Positions 36,861 to 49,615 of a DNA stretch of 64,000 bases are shown here, piece by piece. This stretch comes from Marsupella aquatica. Lineage: Eukaryota > Plantae > Marchantiophyta. The DNA lies in the NCBI GenBank assembly GCA_973895155.1, contig OZ316892.1, positions 8,670,048 to 8,734,047 of the forward strand. Reading direction: 5' to 3'. The position numbers and the translations under genes were made by a program. Each line of letters opens with the position of its first letter. Position 1 is the first letter of the stretch. The notes beneath the pieces are model-generated. The model saw only the letters and a list, made by a program, of their open reading frames with translations, did not search any database and was not told the DNA's origin.

Positions 36861-39800
36861 AAATATTGCTAGTAAACCATGTTAAGTAAAAAAAATTGTT
36901 AAGTTGTTGCCACTTTTTTGCCACCCCTTGCATCCTAAAGCCCCATTGATAACCCCAAAGTTTTTGTTACTTTAAGCTTTTTACTTAAAGTTACCATGGC
37001 TGCTTACTTGGCTTTGGCCGCCCCAATGCCGAGCGGGATGCCAAGACCCCTTGGGATAATGACACGGCTTGGCTGACTTTTCAACAACTCTTCACTACCC
37101 CTTGCATCTTAGAACCCCATTGGGCCCAAAGTTTTGGCTACCTTAGAGTTCTTACTTAAAGTCGCCGCAATAGCTTAATTGGCATTGGCCGCCCCAATGT
37201 CAAGACCCACTCGGGTAACGGAGCAGCTTGGCAAATTTTTGTCCATTCCAATCAGTCGTTCTTGTGCAACATGGCCATTCCTAAATGGACATTCGGTAAT
37301 AAGTGCCGACTTTTTACCTTTCTAAGTGTGCAGTTGTCCCTCTCTCCTGCATTGGCTGCCTAATTTTATTTTTGTTAAAGTCACACATATTTTGTTTGCT
37401 TTCGTCCATCCCAATGATCGTTCTTGTGCAACATGTCAATTTCTGAAATTTCGGGCTGCCTTCCATGAAAATCACATTTGTGCTCATGACGTGCCGGTTT
37501 TTATTCTTGTAGTTGTCTCCTGGTTCATGCATTGGCTGGCTGGCGTTTTTTTAAGTCACACACCTTTTGTCCATTTTGTACATTTTTAACTTTTGACCTA
37601 ACTCAACCTCAAAAGTTATGCACTACCAAATTCATGAAATTATGGACTACCAAATTTATTATCCCTAATTTTTTGCCATAAATAATGGTAGTCCACCCTG
37701 ATTAAGGATCAACCATTTTTTAATTTGAGTCCACACAATTTTCAAACTTTGTGAAAAACCTAAGGCAAATTGTTTATGGCTTAAAGTCATCCTCCATAAG
37801 TATGAAGCTTTGAGACTCCTTAAGTAGCAGTAGACAAGGACGATCAGCCATTTTCACCCTGTAGCTCTAATGGGTTTATTCACAATCATAGAGAATAGTT
37901 TTCTGTTTTTTTTTTTCTGAACTCCAATCAACTGTGTGGATTATGGATAAATATCACTACCAAATTCATGAATTATGGATTATCCAAATTTATTATCAGT
38001 AATAATCTCACTCCAGTCAACTATGTGGAGCTTGTATAAGTGCATCCCATGCTTAAGTACAACCTGACCATGTAGTCCCTAAACATTCGAGCAATATTCT
38101 TTGTACATGCACAAAAAAGGCAGTTAATTTGCGTAAGTGCAAGATGACCCTTCAATGACAAACAGTGGCACTAAACTACAGAAGTGCATTATCAATTATT
38201 GCAAAGTATACATTAAAAGCATTTCTTGTTGAGTGCAGCAGACATTTACATAAACTACTTTCATGTACATATCCAGTTGACTCATGGAGCATGAGGGGTT
38301 GGGGCTTGAGGAATCCAATGTGTTTGACATGACAATAATGACACATGAGGACATGCAGATTAACAAATTTTCCATGCCTGCACTTAGAGCATCTCCAGCG
38401 GAGCAGTGGCCGCAAACCGCTAAATGGGTCTGTTTGCGGCCACAGATGGCACCCCCAAAGTCTGTAGCCTGTAAAAGCGTTTAGAACCCCACCGTCTTGC
38501 CTAAAATTGACCGCCATCTCAATCGCGTGGTTCATAGTGGGGCCCACCATGCAAAATGCCAACAACTCCCGCAAGTTCACACCGGCAAAGTAGAAACAGC
38601 AGGCGGGAGTCAAGCGTTGCATACCACCAATGCCCAGGTCCACACCGCAATGGCATGGCCCATCTTGAATTTGTTGTTTGCTTTGCAAATCCAAATCGCA
38701 TGCATAGCTGAAAATTAGAAGCTCCTAGTCTTCCCGTGGATTGAGTGGCTTCTTGAAGTGTCATCGACTGCTGCTTGGAGAATAAGTTTCTTGTTCCTCG
38801 ATTCCGTTTTCTGGTGCAAGGTGCGTTGTCTGGCGCGAGGCATATATGTTTTCAAGCAGGTTGTCAGGATTCCGCCTCCTGCTGCCGCATGCTGGCTTCA
38901 TCACCGTTGATCACTTTTCAGGTTAGTGGAGGGGCATTGCATGTCCACCACCTTTCTCACAAAAACTGGAGGTTGTCAGGTCAAAATTATTGAGGTAGCC
39001 GCAATAATTTATCCATGGAAGTACCTGAGGAGAAAGGTACCTTTCAGTAAAAGTTGAGGCAAAGTCCTGAAAATAGCAGTTGCGGGCCCAACAGCGAGCA
39101 ACACTGGAGATGCTCTTACTGGGTAGTGCAACCGGATGTGCAACCATGCACATATGGCAAAGTTGAAAACTCTTATCTGATGCACTTATAACATACTTAG
39201 TACATAGAGTGAATTGGTGCTTGCTTGGGGCTGCTTGTATGCTTGTAGGGAGCATGCACTTAGACATGGTAAACTGTAGTATTGGATGTGGTTGTTTCTA
39301 GACCCTACACGAAGAAAAAGGTCCACCAAGGTTAGACTTGACCGCGTTGACGAATTAAACAAAAAGCCTTGTCTCGTCAATGCACTTAGAGGAATGCATT
39401 GATTTCTTAGACTTTTGACGCTTATCTTGACTAGAAGTGGAGAATCGGTTCGTAGAGCAGGACTTCTCGCTTTTCTTTGCATCCTGGAACAACACCTTTA
39501 TTATATTCCCGAGGTCGTCAATGCGAGACAGAATAGACTCTCTCATCCTGTTGCTGTCTGTGAATCAGTCTCCTTGAATGAGTCTGTGTAGAGCGCCGTT
39601 CTCCGGTGCTTTGCAGCTGCTTCTGTAGGAAGGAGTCTGTATGCCACTCGAGAGCTTCCTAGCTTTCCAGTGACGCCTGGGTTGCGTTTTGGGGCCCATG
39701 CTTCATAACTTTCAGTATACTAAAAAGAAGAAAATAAATTGCACTCGATTGAATATTTTCAGTCAGAAAATGACATATTAACCATTGGAGATGCTCTAAG

Positions 39801-41004
39801 GTAACGTACTCTCATCTGAGTAATTAAACTGACGATTGCGTGTGCTTGGTCCTCTGCTATCTCTAGATCACGGGATGGAACGGAAATTGTATGCCAGAAA
39901 TAGCTTGCAGTTTCTAGTCACCCCTGGCTTGCGTTTTTTATGCCCCTGCTTCATACATTCATTACACTAAAACGAAGAAGATACATTAATTGCACTCTAT
40001 GGAATGCTTCCAGTAAGAAAAATGACATATTTCCATTGGAGATGCTTTCAGGGTACATACTGTCGTCTGAGAGAGCTGACCATTGCGTGTGCTTGGTATG
40101 CCTTGCAACAAGGGGCGGATTGAAGTGAGTGGACAACGCGGGGAGTGATTGCACTGTCTTTTATTAGACTGAGAGCTCGAGTGTTAGAATACGTCCGTGA
40201 TCACGGATTGGTGTGAGCTCAAAGTTGGTGAGAGAGGGCATGGCTTGCCGCGTCGGGAGACAATCGGTTTTCTGGCCAACAATAGTCCTGGACTCGTCCA
40301 AATAATCAGATCGAAACCTTTGACACAACCAGATCGAGACTTGGTTACCAATACCTTTAACATAACCAGATCGAGACCCGGAATTCCGAAGGAGGAAAAG
40401 ACAAGTAATGTGAAGGCGCGCAGCTGCGAACAGTAATCTGCCAGAATTCTACGATAAAAGTTGCGGGAGTGGAGATTTTTAACTTCGATCTCAGACGCAC
40501 TAATGGCACCTGCAGATAACGATTTATTTACAAGTGAATTGGCTCTCATTGGCTATGGCAAACCATTATTAGAGCACGGTCAAATTCAATTTCTGGCGGC
40601 TTCTGTCCTGGACGGTAGGCATGCATTCGGATTTGGTGAGATCAGAATAATGATATGGTGATATCTTACTGGCCAAATTACAATTTCCATAAGGGTGTTC
40701 AATTTTTCATCTCCAAACTATAACTCTCCTAGGGTTTCTCAAACTTTGAAGGTAACTCTCCTAGGGTTTCTCAAACTTTTGAAGTTGTGAGAAAAAAAGG
40801 ACTAATTATGCCCGGAACTATCAGTTTTGGTCACGACTTAGCAGGGTGTGAAGACGGATTTTTATGTCCGTCACTTTTTTCCCCAGAAATCTGTCGCTGA
40901 CCGCAAGACCGAAGGCAACAATGTGATGTTTGAGACTCCCTACTGGAATCCAATACTGAGCCTTTACACCACGAGGATGTGCGAAATATTGACTATCATA
41001 AACA

Positions 41005-41349
41005 TGTTAGGATTTACTCTTAGGTCTAGACTTATGATTGTACCGTAATTAAGGCTAACGTTAGTCGCAGACTTGGTTAGGTTAGTCATGCTGTGCACAC
41101 TTTATAACCAAGCGGTGTTTGTTTGGAGAGTGAGAACTCAGGTTCATTGTTACGGAGCTAGTTGAGAGATAGAGAGAGCTTGTACTGTGGATGCTTGGTA
41201 TAGCCGGTTGGCCTAGAGTGCAGTAAAGCTCATGTGTGTTCCCGTGGACGTAGCCTCATGTGGAGGTGAACCACGTATCTCTCTGTGTCGACTCTTGTGT
41301 GTTGGATGGTTCATGGGCTTGCCTTTACGATTGTCGTCTATGTTCAACA
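41005..41349 (+). mobile_element. Solo LTR (Copia-like), 345 bp
   Basis: TGTT..AACA termini and a 5-bp TSD AAACA on both sides. Internal CCCGTGGACGTAGCC..TGAACCACGTA motif typical of plant Copia LTRs. Confidence 0.85.
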
Positions 41350-42879
41350 AAACAAAATATTTGGGATATAAAACCTCAAAATAATGTTGCTATGCAGATC
41401 TAAGTGGGAATCTAAGAAAGTTCCCAGTTTGATGTAAATTAAACATTTACTTTACAATGTATGCATTTTTTTTTTGACATGTAACTAGAATATGTATTAG
41501 AGCTCATGTATTAGAGCCTTTCCTTACAAGCATTACAGCATACACCTGAGCATACATAAGTACCTGGTTCACTAAATTATTGATTATGAATAAATAATAA
41601 ATAAATTTAATAAGTTATAATTGAAGGCCTTATGATGCTTAGATCTGAAAAATGTTAGAAGTGTGTTATTTGACCTGATAATTGTTGCTTTTGATCTAAC
41701 TAGTGATTCTTTTCTCAAATCTTGACTAATGAAAAAGCATTCTTTGTTTTGTCCACTTCAAATAGACCTAGCAAACACAAAATCAACAATGGATAGCACT
41801 CTTTAACAGATAAGGGCATTGAGTGAAAATAATTAGTTCCAGGACCCTGCCTTGGTTAAGTAAGCTTGATATTATTCAACTAGTTGGAGCCATGAAGAGT
41901 TTGACATTAAAACAGGTTTTATTGAATATGAAGATGAGAGGACAATGATTAAATAGAGGATTCTGAAAGAAGTGAGTTTTCAAGTGGTTAGGACATGTTC
42001 AATTTCATAGAAGACAAATTGGAGCTTCGGTTATGAACAGAAAACTAGGACAACTTGTGACAACAAAATAACACAAGGATGTCTGAAGATTGGCATAGAG
42101 CTGCCTTCTAGTGGTAAATGAGTAGCAAGAGAAAAATATGTACTCATATATTTATTTTTGGTTGTTAGCATATAATGGTGCATTTAGGGTACCCACTTTA
42201 CCCGATTTAATATAATTTACCGGTTTCTGCAAATACATTTGACAAATGATAATGAGTCACTCTTGGAGATACATTTCACCCTTGTGTTTTTGTTGAGTAC
42301 ACTTAATTAATAATTATGCTCATTGGTGTCTTAACATGCTGCAAATGTATGTCCTTAAATATTAACTCCTATAATACACAGTTGCGCCACTTTTTAGAGT
42401 GGTCGTCATTCAAATTTGCAGGGCACAAAAATTAAAAAATCTAACCAAAAGAAGGAATAAAACAAAATTGAATTATATTGAGTGTGAAATAAAGAGTGAC
42501 ATGTTTTCCAAGTAAGAACTAAAGGGGAATTGGGAATGTCAGGGAATGCCAATACACAATAATCAAGTATTTTATGGACCATATATGTATAGTACTATCC
42601 ATGCATAGGAAGCCCCATGCATAGAAATAGTATTCTCCATGCCTAGACATTGTACCCCATGGTAATCTATGTCCTAGGAGGAGTTTAAATGATTACAAAT
42701 TCATAATGTAATAGAAAAGATCAAACCAAAAAATAGTACAAAAAGCCTAAAAGGGGGGGTGGGGGGAAGTTAAGGTTTTCAAGGAATTACAAAATGAAAA
42801 ATACAAAGACAAAAATCATTCTTGACTGGTGATACTTTGTGGTTGTTGTTACTCATTTTTTGCGCCCATTTTGCGCAAG

Positions 42880-43313
42880 ATTTTTTTCTTAAAAACATCT
42901 TGGGCGACACCACATCTTTTTTTCTTAACGGCATCTTGGATGACACCACATCTTTTTTCTTAAACAACAACATCTTGGGCGACACAACATTTGTTTTTCT
43001 TAATGACATCTTAGATGACATGACATCTTTTTTCTTAATAACATCTTGAATGGGAGACATGACATCTGTTGTTCTCAATGACTTCTTGGCTGACACGACA
43101 TCTTTTGTTATCACCGGCATCTTGGCCAACACGACATCTTTTGTTCTCACATCTTGGGCCGACACAACATCTTTCTTCTCAACGACTTCTTGGCCGACAC
43201 AACATCTTTATTCTCAACAACCTCTTGGCCGACACGACCTCTTTTGTTCTCACCCAAGAACGACATCTTGGCCGTCACTACATCTTTTGTGCAAGGCACG
43301 GGTATTGAGCTAG
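42880..43313 (+). mobile_element. Second copy of the Helitron-like satellite element (3' end)
   Basis: GACATCTT-type array ending GTGCAAGGCACGGGTATTGAGCTAG|T at 43313; near-identical reverse complement of the 35571 end. Confidence 0.65.
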
Positions 43314-44042
43314 TTGTTTCATAATCATCTCTTGAGTGATTCGACCACATATATAGAGGCAGCGCAAATCAAATATATAGCACATGTGGATGCATATCAT
43401 TTAGCTCAGTCACGCACATTTGGGGGAAAAACAGTAATTGAAGTATTTTCAGTTTTGCCCCCCATAGAGGCCTTTTGGCTGTACTCCTTTCTGGCCATCC
43501 CAAAACTGGTTTTCTTGCCTAGCTCCAGCGGCCTTGTGTGGTGTGATTTAAAATAAGTAAGTTGTGTGGAACCCCTTTTTGGTGGAGGTCAGCGGGGGTG
43601 TATTCTGCTGTGTTAGTATATAGGATCATGGCTGTCTGGTGCGGGGTTACTAGCTTGTAACCTAGTGACTAGAAAGGGAATAAAACCTGACTACCGTATC
43701 AGAACCCCTGCCTAGACTTCCATTATAGTACACAATTATTGTCTAGAACATGATTACTCAGAAAATGATTACTCACACAAGAGATTATGGAAACAACAAG
43801 AACCTGCAAAAATGATTGCATTCAGTACACACATTATGAGATGTAGTGCCAGTTAGTTGAGTACTTCCAACGGGCAAGATAAGTACGAGAGCTACTGCTC
43901 TTCACAAGTGACGGCGTTCATGGAATTCAGTCTCGAGGAGAATTAACTAGAGCTTATTCTTCATTCAGTTATCAAGGACCGAATAGAGAATAGAGATCTA
44001 GGGTTTTAGGTAGAGCCATTTTGGATAAACAGCTATCGGAAG

Positions 44043-46781
44043 ATGAGTAAGGTCAATCAGCAAAAGAGCAAGACAACAGTGAGAAACTATGGAAAGGTTT
44101 TGCGAATGGCATTCGAGAAGGAGAAGTACATTGATATGGAGTTCGTGTTGACTGTGGACGAGTTGGACTAGTTGATGTTTGAGAAGAGACAACTTCAAGC
44201 GATCAAGCAGGTTGTCTACCACTGTTCACCAATTCATTGGAGTTCACAAGGAACAACAAAAGAGTGGCAAGTTGAGAAATTCATATGCAAAGAACATTCG
44301 GTGCATCCAATGCAGCGACGTTCAGCTCAGGCGGCTCAGGCGGCTCAGGCCAAACGCAAATCTACAGCTGCAGCGGAGCCATCGGAGAAGAGAGCTCGAA
44401 GCTCAGGAGGTCGAGGTGCAATACCAAAGGGACAAGGGAGACCTCGGGTAGAAGCGCAACCGGCTAGGAGACGGGGTCGAGGAAGAAATCAACCGGAGGA
44501 AGAGGTAGGTCCAGAGTATGAAACTGAACCGGAGACTTCTCCACCAAAACATTGGGACTGGAAGGGATGGATGGCTACTGTACATGATCAGGTCCGACGC
44601 AAGTTCATTAGATCGAAGGAGGACGTGGAGGCCATTGCTGCCCTGCAAAGGCATAAATCCCCAGGGTTTATGGAGAAAACCGGGTTAGCAGAATTTATAA
44701 GACTTCCTTGGTTGGACGATGTTGTGCCTGAGAGAGAGTTGTTGGAGTTTGTGGGAAACTGGGATCCCGAGAGGCTCACCCACGTATTCGGACAAGAGTT
44801 CCAATTTGATGAACAAGTAGTCGCGGAAGTATTTGGACTAGCAAGAGGCCGACCTCTAAAGATTGAGATGCGAGTGTGGCAGCCAAATGACCAATACACA
44901 GAATTCAAGGGGCCACCTGGTACCAATGGGTTTCTCAAAACTCAGTGCACAAACAGACATAAAGTTGAGGTAGTAGATTTTTTAAGAGTTACTCTATGGA
45001 TGACAAAAAGTCGGCCAGAGGTTGGGAAGAGCCAATGGTGGTTGGCACAGACATTAAATCAAGATCAGGATTATTGTGGGTTCCTCTATAAAAAATTATT
45101 AGAGGCATTTAACGAGAATCATCGGAAGATTTCACTTGGAGTCAAGTCTCATCTATCGTTCCATATGACTTTAATGTGTATGTTCGCTCGGCATAAGGCT
45201 TATAGAATTGGGGCGTTGCCTCCTATAATGTCGAAGGAAGACAAGTTCGCTCGGCATAAGGCTTATAGAATTGGGGCGTTGCCTCCTATAATGTCGAAGG
45301 AAGACAAGATAGCGCAGCACAAGACAGGGGCTCCAAAGGAGGTGTTATGGAGTCGAGAATCCGCACCTATGGGGGAGTTGATGATGGGAGTTGCAGCAGT
45401 GGAGACCAGTGTTGTACAGACGAGTGAGAGCTCTGAATTAGAGAAATCTGACACCAACGCCGGATCCGTCGGATTAACACCCGAATCATCTGAAGATTTG
45501 AACGAGGAAGATCCCGGAGTGTTCATTCAGCACACCACATTGAGTGGAGTAGGAAGCAAAAAACGAGTGGTACAGGATACTTCAGCAGACGAAGAATCGG
45601 GTAAGGGAAGGGAGATAGGGGAGTATCCGGCTCGACCCGATCCAAGGGAGAGTGTTGTGGTCTGCAATTCAAAGGCAACGCTTGATCAGCAGGTGAAGGA
45701 ATGTGTCCAATGTTTATCGACCTCGATCGGGATGATCGAGGAGAATGTTCAGCCGACGGTGAACACTCAATTCAAAGCGGAGGAATTGGAGACTCTCGGT
45801 ATTGATCAATATGATGGTCATCAAGAGGGGCACTTTGGTCTTGCTCCACATGCGATCCAGGGAGTACGAGAGTGTGGCATAAACAGGCCACTGGAGGCTG
45901 TTCCGATTCAGCACTTGGATTCACCAATCTCACCATCGAAGGAGCAAAGGAGGACAATTGGGCTTGAGGACATAATAATAGAGGAAGTTGCTACATACAC
46001 ATGTGACGGAGAGGACCACGAGGCAGCTCAACAGAGTGTCAATCAGACGACGGATCGGGATGTTAAAATTGAAAATTTACCAGGCGGTCCTTGGTCTACG
46101 AGCATCAGAGAGGCTGTGGAATTTGGCAGGAAGGATATGCCTTCTTTAGACAAGTATCGGGAAGAAGTTTGGGCTGATCGAATGACAAGAGGGCCAAAGC
46201 ACAATGGGCCATTATCGGAGTATGCAAAAGGGTTAGCGTCTCATGTTAGTAAGGCACTGGCGCAAGCGTTAGTCGAGATTATACCCGAGGAATTAGAAGC
46301 GGTTCCATTCAAACTGAAGAGAGAAGCGGAGTATAGTCGTCTGCTGGTCTTGCACGATGTAGAGCGTAGAAAGAATGAAGAGCTCATAAGAAGGCTCAAG
46401 GAGATAGCAGCGAAGCAGGCCAAAGAAATGTCGGCATTGGCCCAATTGGTGATCTTAGCTAATAAGAAGAAAGAGGAATTACGAGCTAGAGCAGCAGAGG
46501 AGTTTGAGACCGAACGGGCCAGCTGGGCTGTAGAGAGAACTGCTTTGAGTAAGGAATGCACGGAGTTGAACGCAAGCCTACTCAAGGCAGAGACTACACT
46601 GACCACTACAATTCAGCAGCGGGATAGAGCAGGGGAGAAAGCAGAGGAGTTGGTCGAGCGGAACAAGAATTTTCGGCAACGATTAGACCAGCAGTTGCAG
46701 GAAATACTTCGACTGTCTGCTCAGAAGAATCTGGCCGACAATATTACGTCCAATCCAAGTCGCTCAGCACCCGGGAATTAA
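44043..46781 (+). mobile_element. Long intronless orphan ORF, probably a retrotransposon accessory ORF with C-terminal coiled coil
   Basis: 869-aa track ORF; the frame extends back to ATG 44043 across one TAG (44169-44171). Basic low-complexity N-terminus, a globular GLAEF..LLEFV..VAEVFGL block of the kind seen in plant TE accessory ORFs, and a coiled-coil tail. Short repeats follow it. No gag/RT/integrase motifs seen. Confidence 0.5.
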
Positions 46782-46889
46782 TGGAAGGGGGTGGCCGGGT
46801 GGCACCATACTCACTATTGAAAGGGCAAGTTCCCGATTTTGTACTCCATGGAAACCATAAACTCTTCGACGAAGCCAAGTCGACAGCAC

Positions 46890-47205
46890 AATGTACTCTG
46901 TCAAATTTTAGGGTACCCCGATGATCTCTCGAATGTACTCTGTCAAATTCTAGGGTACCCTTTACATTTGCCTTTTCGATCTATACTAAATTTTGTACAT
47001 TTTGGATATAGCACAACTTGTCCCTTTTTTTGTGTTAGAAAAGACCGAAACCCACACTTTGACACCTAAGATTACACCTAAGGTTACAATGTACTCTGTC
47101 AAATTCTAGGGTACCCCGATTTTTGCTCCAATGTACTCTGTCTCTATTCGAGAGTACCCGATGCTCGCTCCAATTTACTCTGTGGTACTCTGGAAAATTA
47201 GTACC
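46890..47205. repeat. Array of AATGTACTCTGTCAAATT(C/T)TAGGGTACCC motifs
   Basis: At least five full or degenerate copies downstream of the 44-46.8 kb ORF. Confidence 0.8.
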
Positions 47206-47269
47206 CTCCCTATTCCGTAATACCGCCACATGATACAAAATTAGTCACGGTGCATAGTAGTGTAATAAG

Positions 47270-48497
47270 TATAGGGTAATGCAGGTCTGGGTGCAGGGTT
47301 ACTAGGCTGTAACCTTGCGTCCGGAAAATGAAAAGAAGCTGACCGGCAGCAGCCGGAAAGCTTCTTCGAATATTCTGGGAGCAGGTTACAGTCTATAACC
47401 CCAGCCCAGACCTGCACTAGCATAAGTAACTCCTGCCCAGAAAGAGGTTACTGGCTAGACTTTTCAGGACAGCAGATTATCACTATAGCAGGCCCTTGCA
47501 GAAATGGTTACACACCGGTAACCTCTTCTCCTGAGAGGAATTATGTACTAGATAAACGGAATGAGCAATGAATGTTTCTAGGGAGGCCTCAGGTTCAAAT
47601 TTACTATTTACACTCTGGCAGTCCACACCACGTATATTTTGGTTCCATGAAAGTTGTTTGGGAGTGATCTGACCTCTTTCAAATGGTTGTATTTTGTATT
47701 TTTAAGTGAAATCAGTGAAACTCCACTGAAAGGGAGGCAAAAGAAGCCAGTTCTAACATGTGAACCAAATACCTATGAGTCCCTACACCTATGAGTCCCT
47801 AGTCAAGTGAGCTACCATGTAGCCATGCTAGCTTAAGCTTCAAATGGTTGATTTTGGGTCGATGTTCACATATAAGACTATCTTGCATCTACTTGTATCG
47901 CAACGTCGCTCGAGTTTTTTTAATCAATGGATGGCCAATATGAAACGTTTGTTCTGTTAAAATCTAGTCACATTCTGCATTATGAATGACTGGGTCATAA
48001 AGTAGCAGGATGACCCCACAGTGGAGGTGAGTTTCATTTGACCATGACTACTACTTACAATGAAGTAGCAGGCATGTTTGTATGGAACAAAGGTTACATG
48101 TGGGCTACCATATCTACTCCATGCCGCTATTCTCATAATCTTGTGCCCAAGAATATATAGCCCCTGACCTTTTGTTGAACAAAATTACAAACCTAGTCTG
48201 GGCAAGGGTTCCAATCTACAACCTCGTGTTTGGAATGTTCAAAGGCTTTCCTGCTACCCCTTGTCAGTTTGTTCTCACATTCCGGGCAAATGGTTATGGC
48301 CCACTAACCCGCACAGACCTCTTTCATCCTACACTGAAAAAAGAGTGTTCTCACATTCAGGAAGCACAGTTATAACCTAGTAAACCCCCCGCCCAGACCC
48401 CAGTTATCCTACATTGAAAAAAGGGTGTTCTCACATTCTGGACGCAGGCTGCACAATAATTGCCTAGTAACTGCCCGCCTAGACTTTGATTATCCTA
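47270..48497. mobile_element. MITE-like element bounded by imperfect inverted termini
   Basis: Left TAGGGTAATGCAGGTCTGGGTGCAGGGTTACTAGG versus right CTAGTAACTGCCCGCCTAGACTTTGATTATCCTA, with tandemly reiterated terminal motifs at 48270-48497. No ORF. Confidence 0.45.
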
Positions 48498-48744
48498 GAA
48501 AAGGTGTTGTCAAACTGAATATGTAGTCCTTTTACACTAACAAAACCTACTAACCTGTGGAGCTGGACTTATGGAAAAAGTTTTTAGTCATCTATCCTCT
48601 ACACAACCAACCAGCCTGCGCCTAGATTGCACAATACTGTACCTAGTTCCCTCCATTTTCCCCGTTTGTACATATGAGAATGCTATGGTCAATTGGCTAG
48701 GTAATTAGCCTAGAACCAAGAGGTCCCTCCTTTGTCACATTTGA

Positions 48745-49200
48745 GAATGCTCTTGTGATCAGTTGGCCAGGGGATTAGCCTAGAACCAAGAATACCAAGG
48801 TTCAATCTCCACTCCACACACAAGGGGTGTGAAGTGTTGAGTATTGCTCTTAGTCTTGTGACTCTAGGGTTAACCGCAGTTAGGCTAATTCAAGTTAGAA
48901 TTTAGTTTAGGTTAACAATGATGCATGCTGTATATAACCGAGATTAATGTCAACCCCTGGTGGATCTTTAATTTATTGTTGGAGTTGGGCAAGAGAGAAG
49001 TAAAGGTCTCTTGCTTTCCCATGGATGTAACCTGAGTCGAAAGATGAACCACGTACTCACTGTGTCGATTACTTTGTATGAAGTTTACATGTGCATGGTG
49101 TCTCAGGATATGGATTATCCCCAACATGAAGGGTATGTGTGTGTGGTTTATCTCTCTCTCCTCCTGGTGGGGGGCCCTTGTGCCTACCCTACACAAAATC
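48745..49200 (+). mobile_element. Putative tRNA-derived SINE interrupted by the solo LTR
   Basis: A-box-like TGATCAGTTGG and B-box-like GGTTCAATC at tRNA-like spacing (about 48755-48808), with a partial head duplicate at about 48675-48727. The body resumes after the LTR TSD. Confidence 0.45.
48835..49126 (+). mobile_element. Solo LTR (Copia-like), 292 bp
   Basis: TGTTG..CAACA termini, 5-bp TSD TGAAG on both sides, and a CCCATGGATGTAACC..TGAACCACGTA motif. Confidence 0.85.
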
Positions 49201-49472
49201 TATGGGTGTTGTACCCTTGTGCATACCCTACACAAAATCTATACTTCGTTGGATGGGTCTCGTTGGATGGGTCTTGTCTGTTTTCGGCTTTCGAGTGAAA
49301 AAAAAAAGTTGCTAATGCTGAAAAAAGACACATGTACAGTCGTGTTGCAGTCGAAGGAAGCTGGTCGTTCTTCTCACCTCGCGGCCTTGTTTGCTGCTTT
49401 GCGTCCCGCCCTACAAACTCCTCTCGCTCTTTGCTCCGTTCGTTCGTCATTGGCACGGACCACGAATTCTCA

Positions 49473-49538
49473 GATCGGATCGGATCGGATCGGAGAGGAG
49501 AGGAGAGGAGAGGAGAGGAGAGGAGAGGAGAGGAGAGG
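49473..49538. repeat. (GATCG)n(GAGAG)n microsatellite in the SPCS3 5' leader
   Basis: Read directly; a similar GAGAG tract lies upstream of MRT4 at about 56219-56241. Confidence 0.9.
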
Positions 49539-49615
49539 GATTGACAATTGTTTGTTGAGAACGTTGCTTGGAGAGAGAAAGTTTAGTGGGTGGTGAGAAG
49601 GGGTGGGTTGCAGTC

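Noticed and set aside
48745-48815. Functional tRNA gene
   Set aside because: A/B-box-like motifs are present, but no convincing cloverleaf or acceptor stem; better explained as a SINE head.
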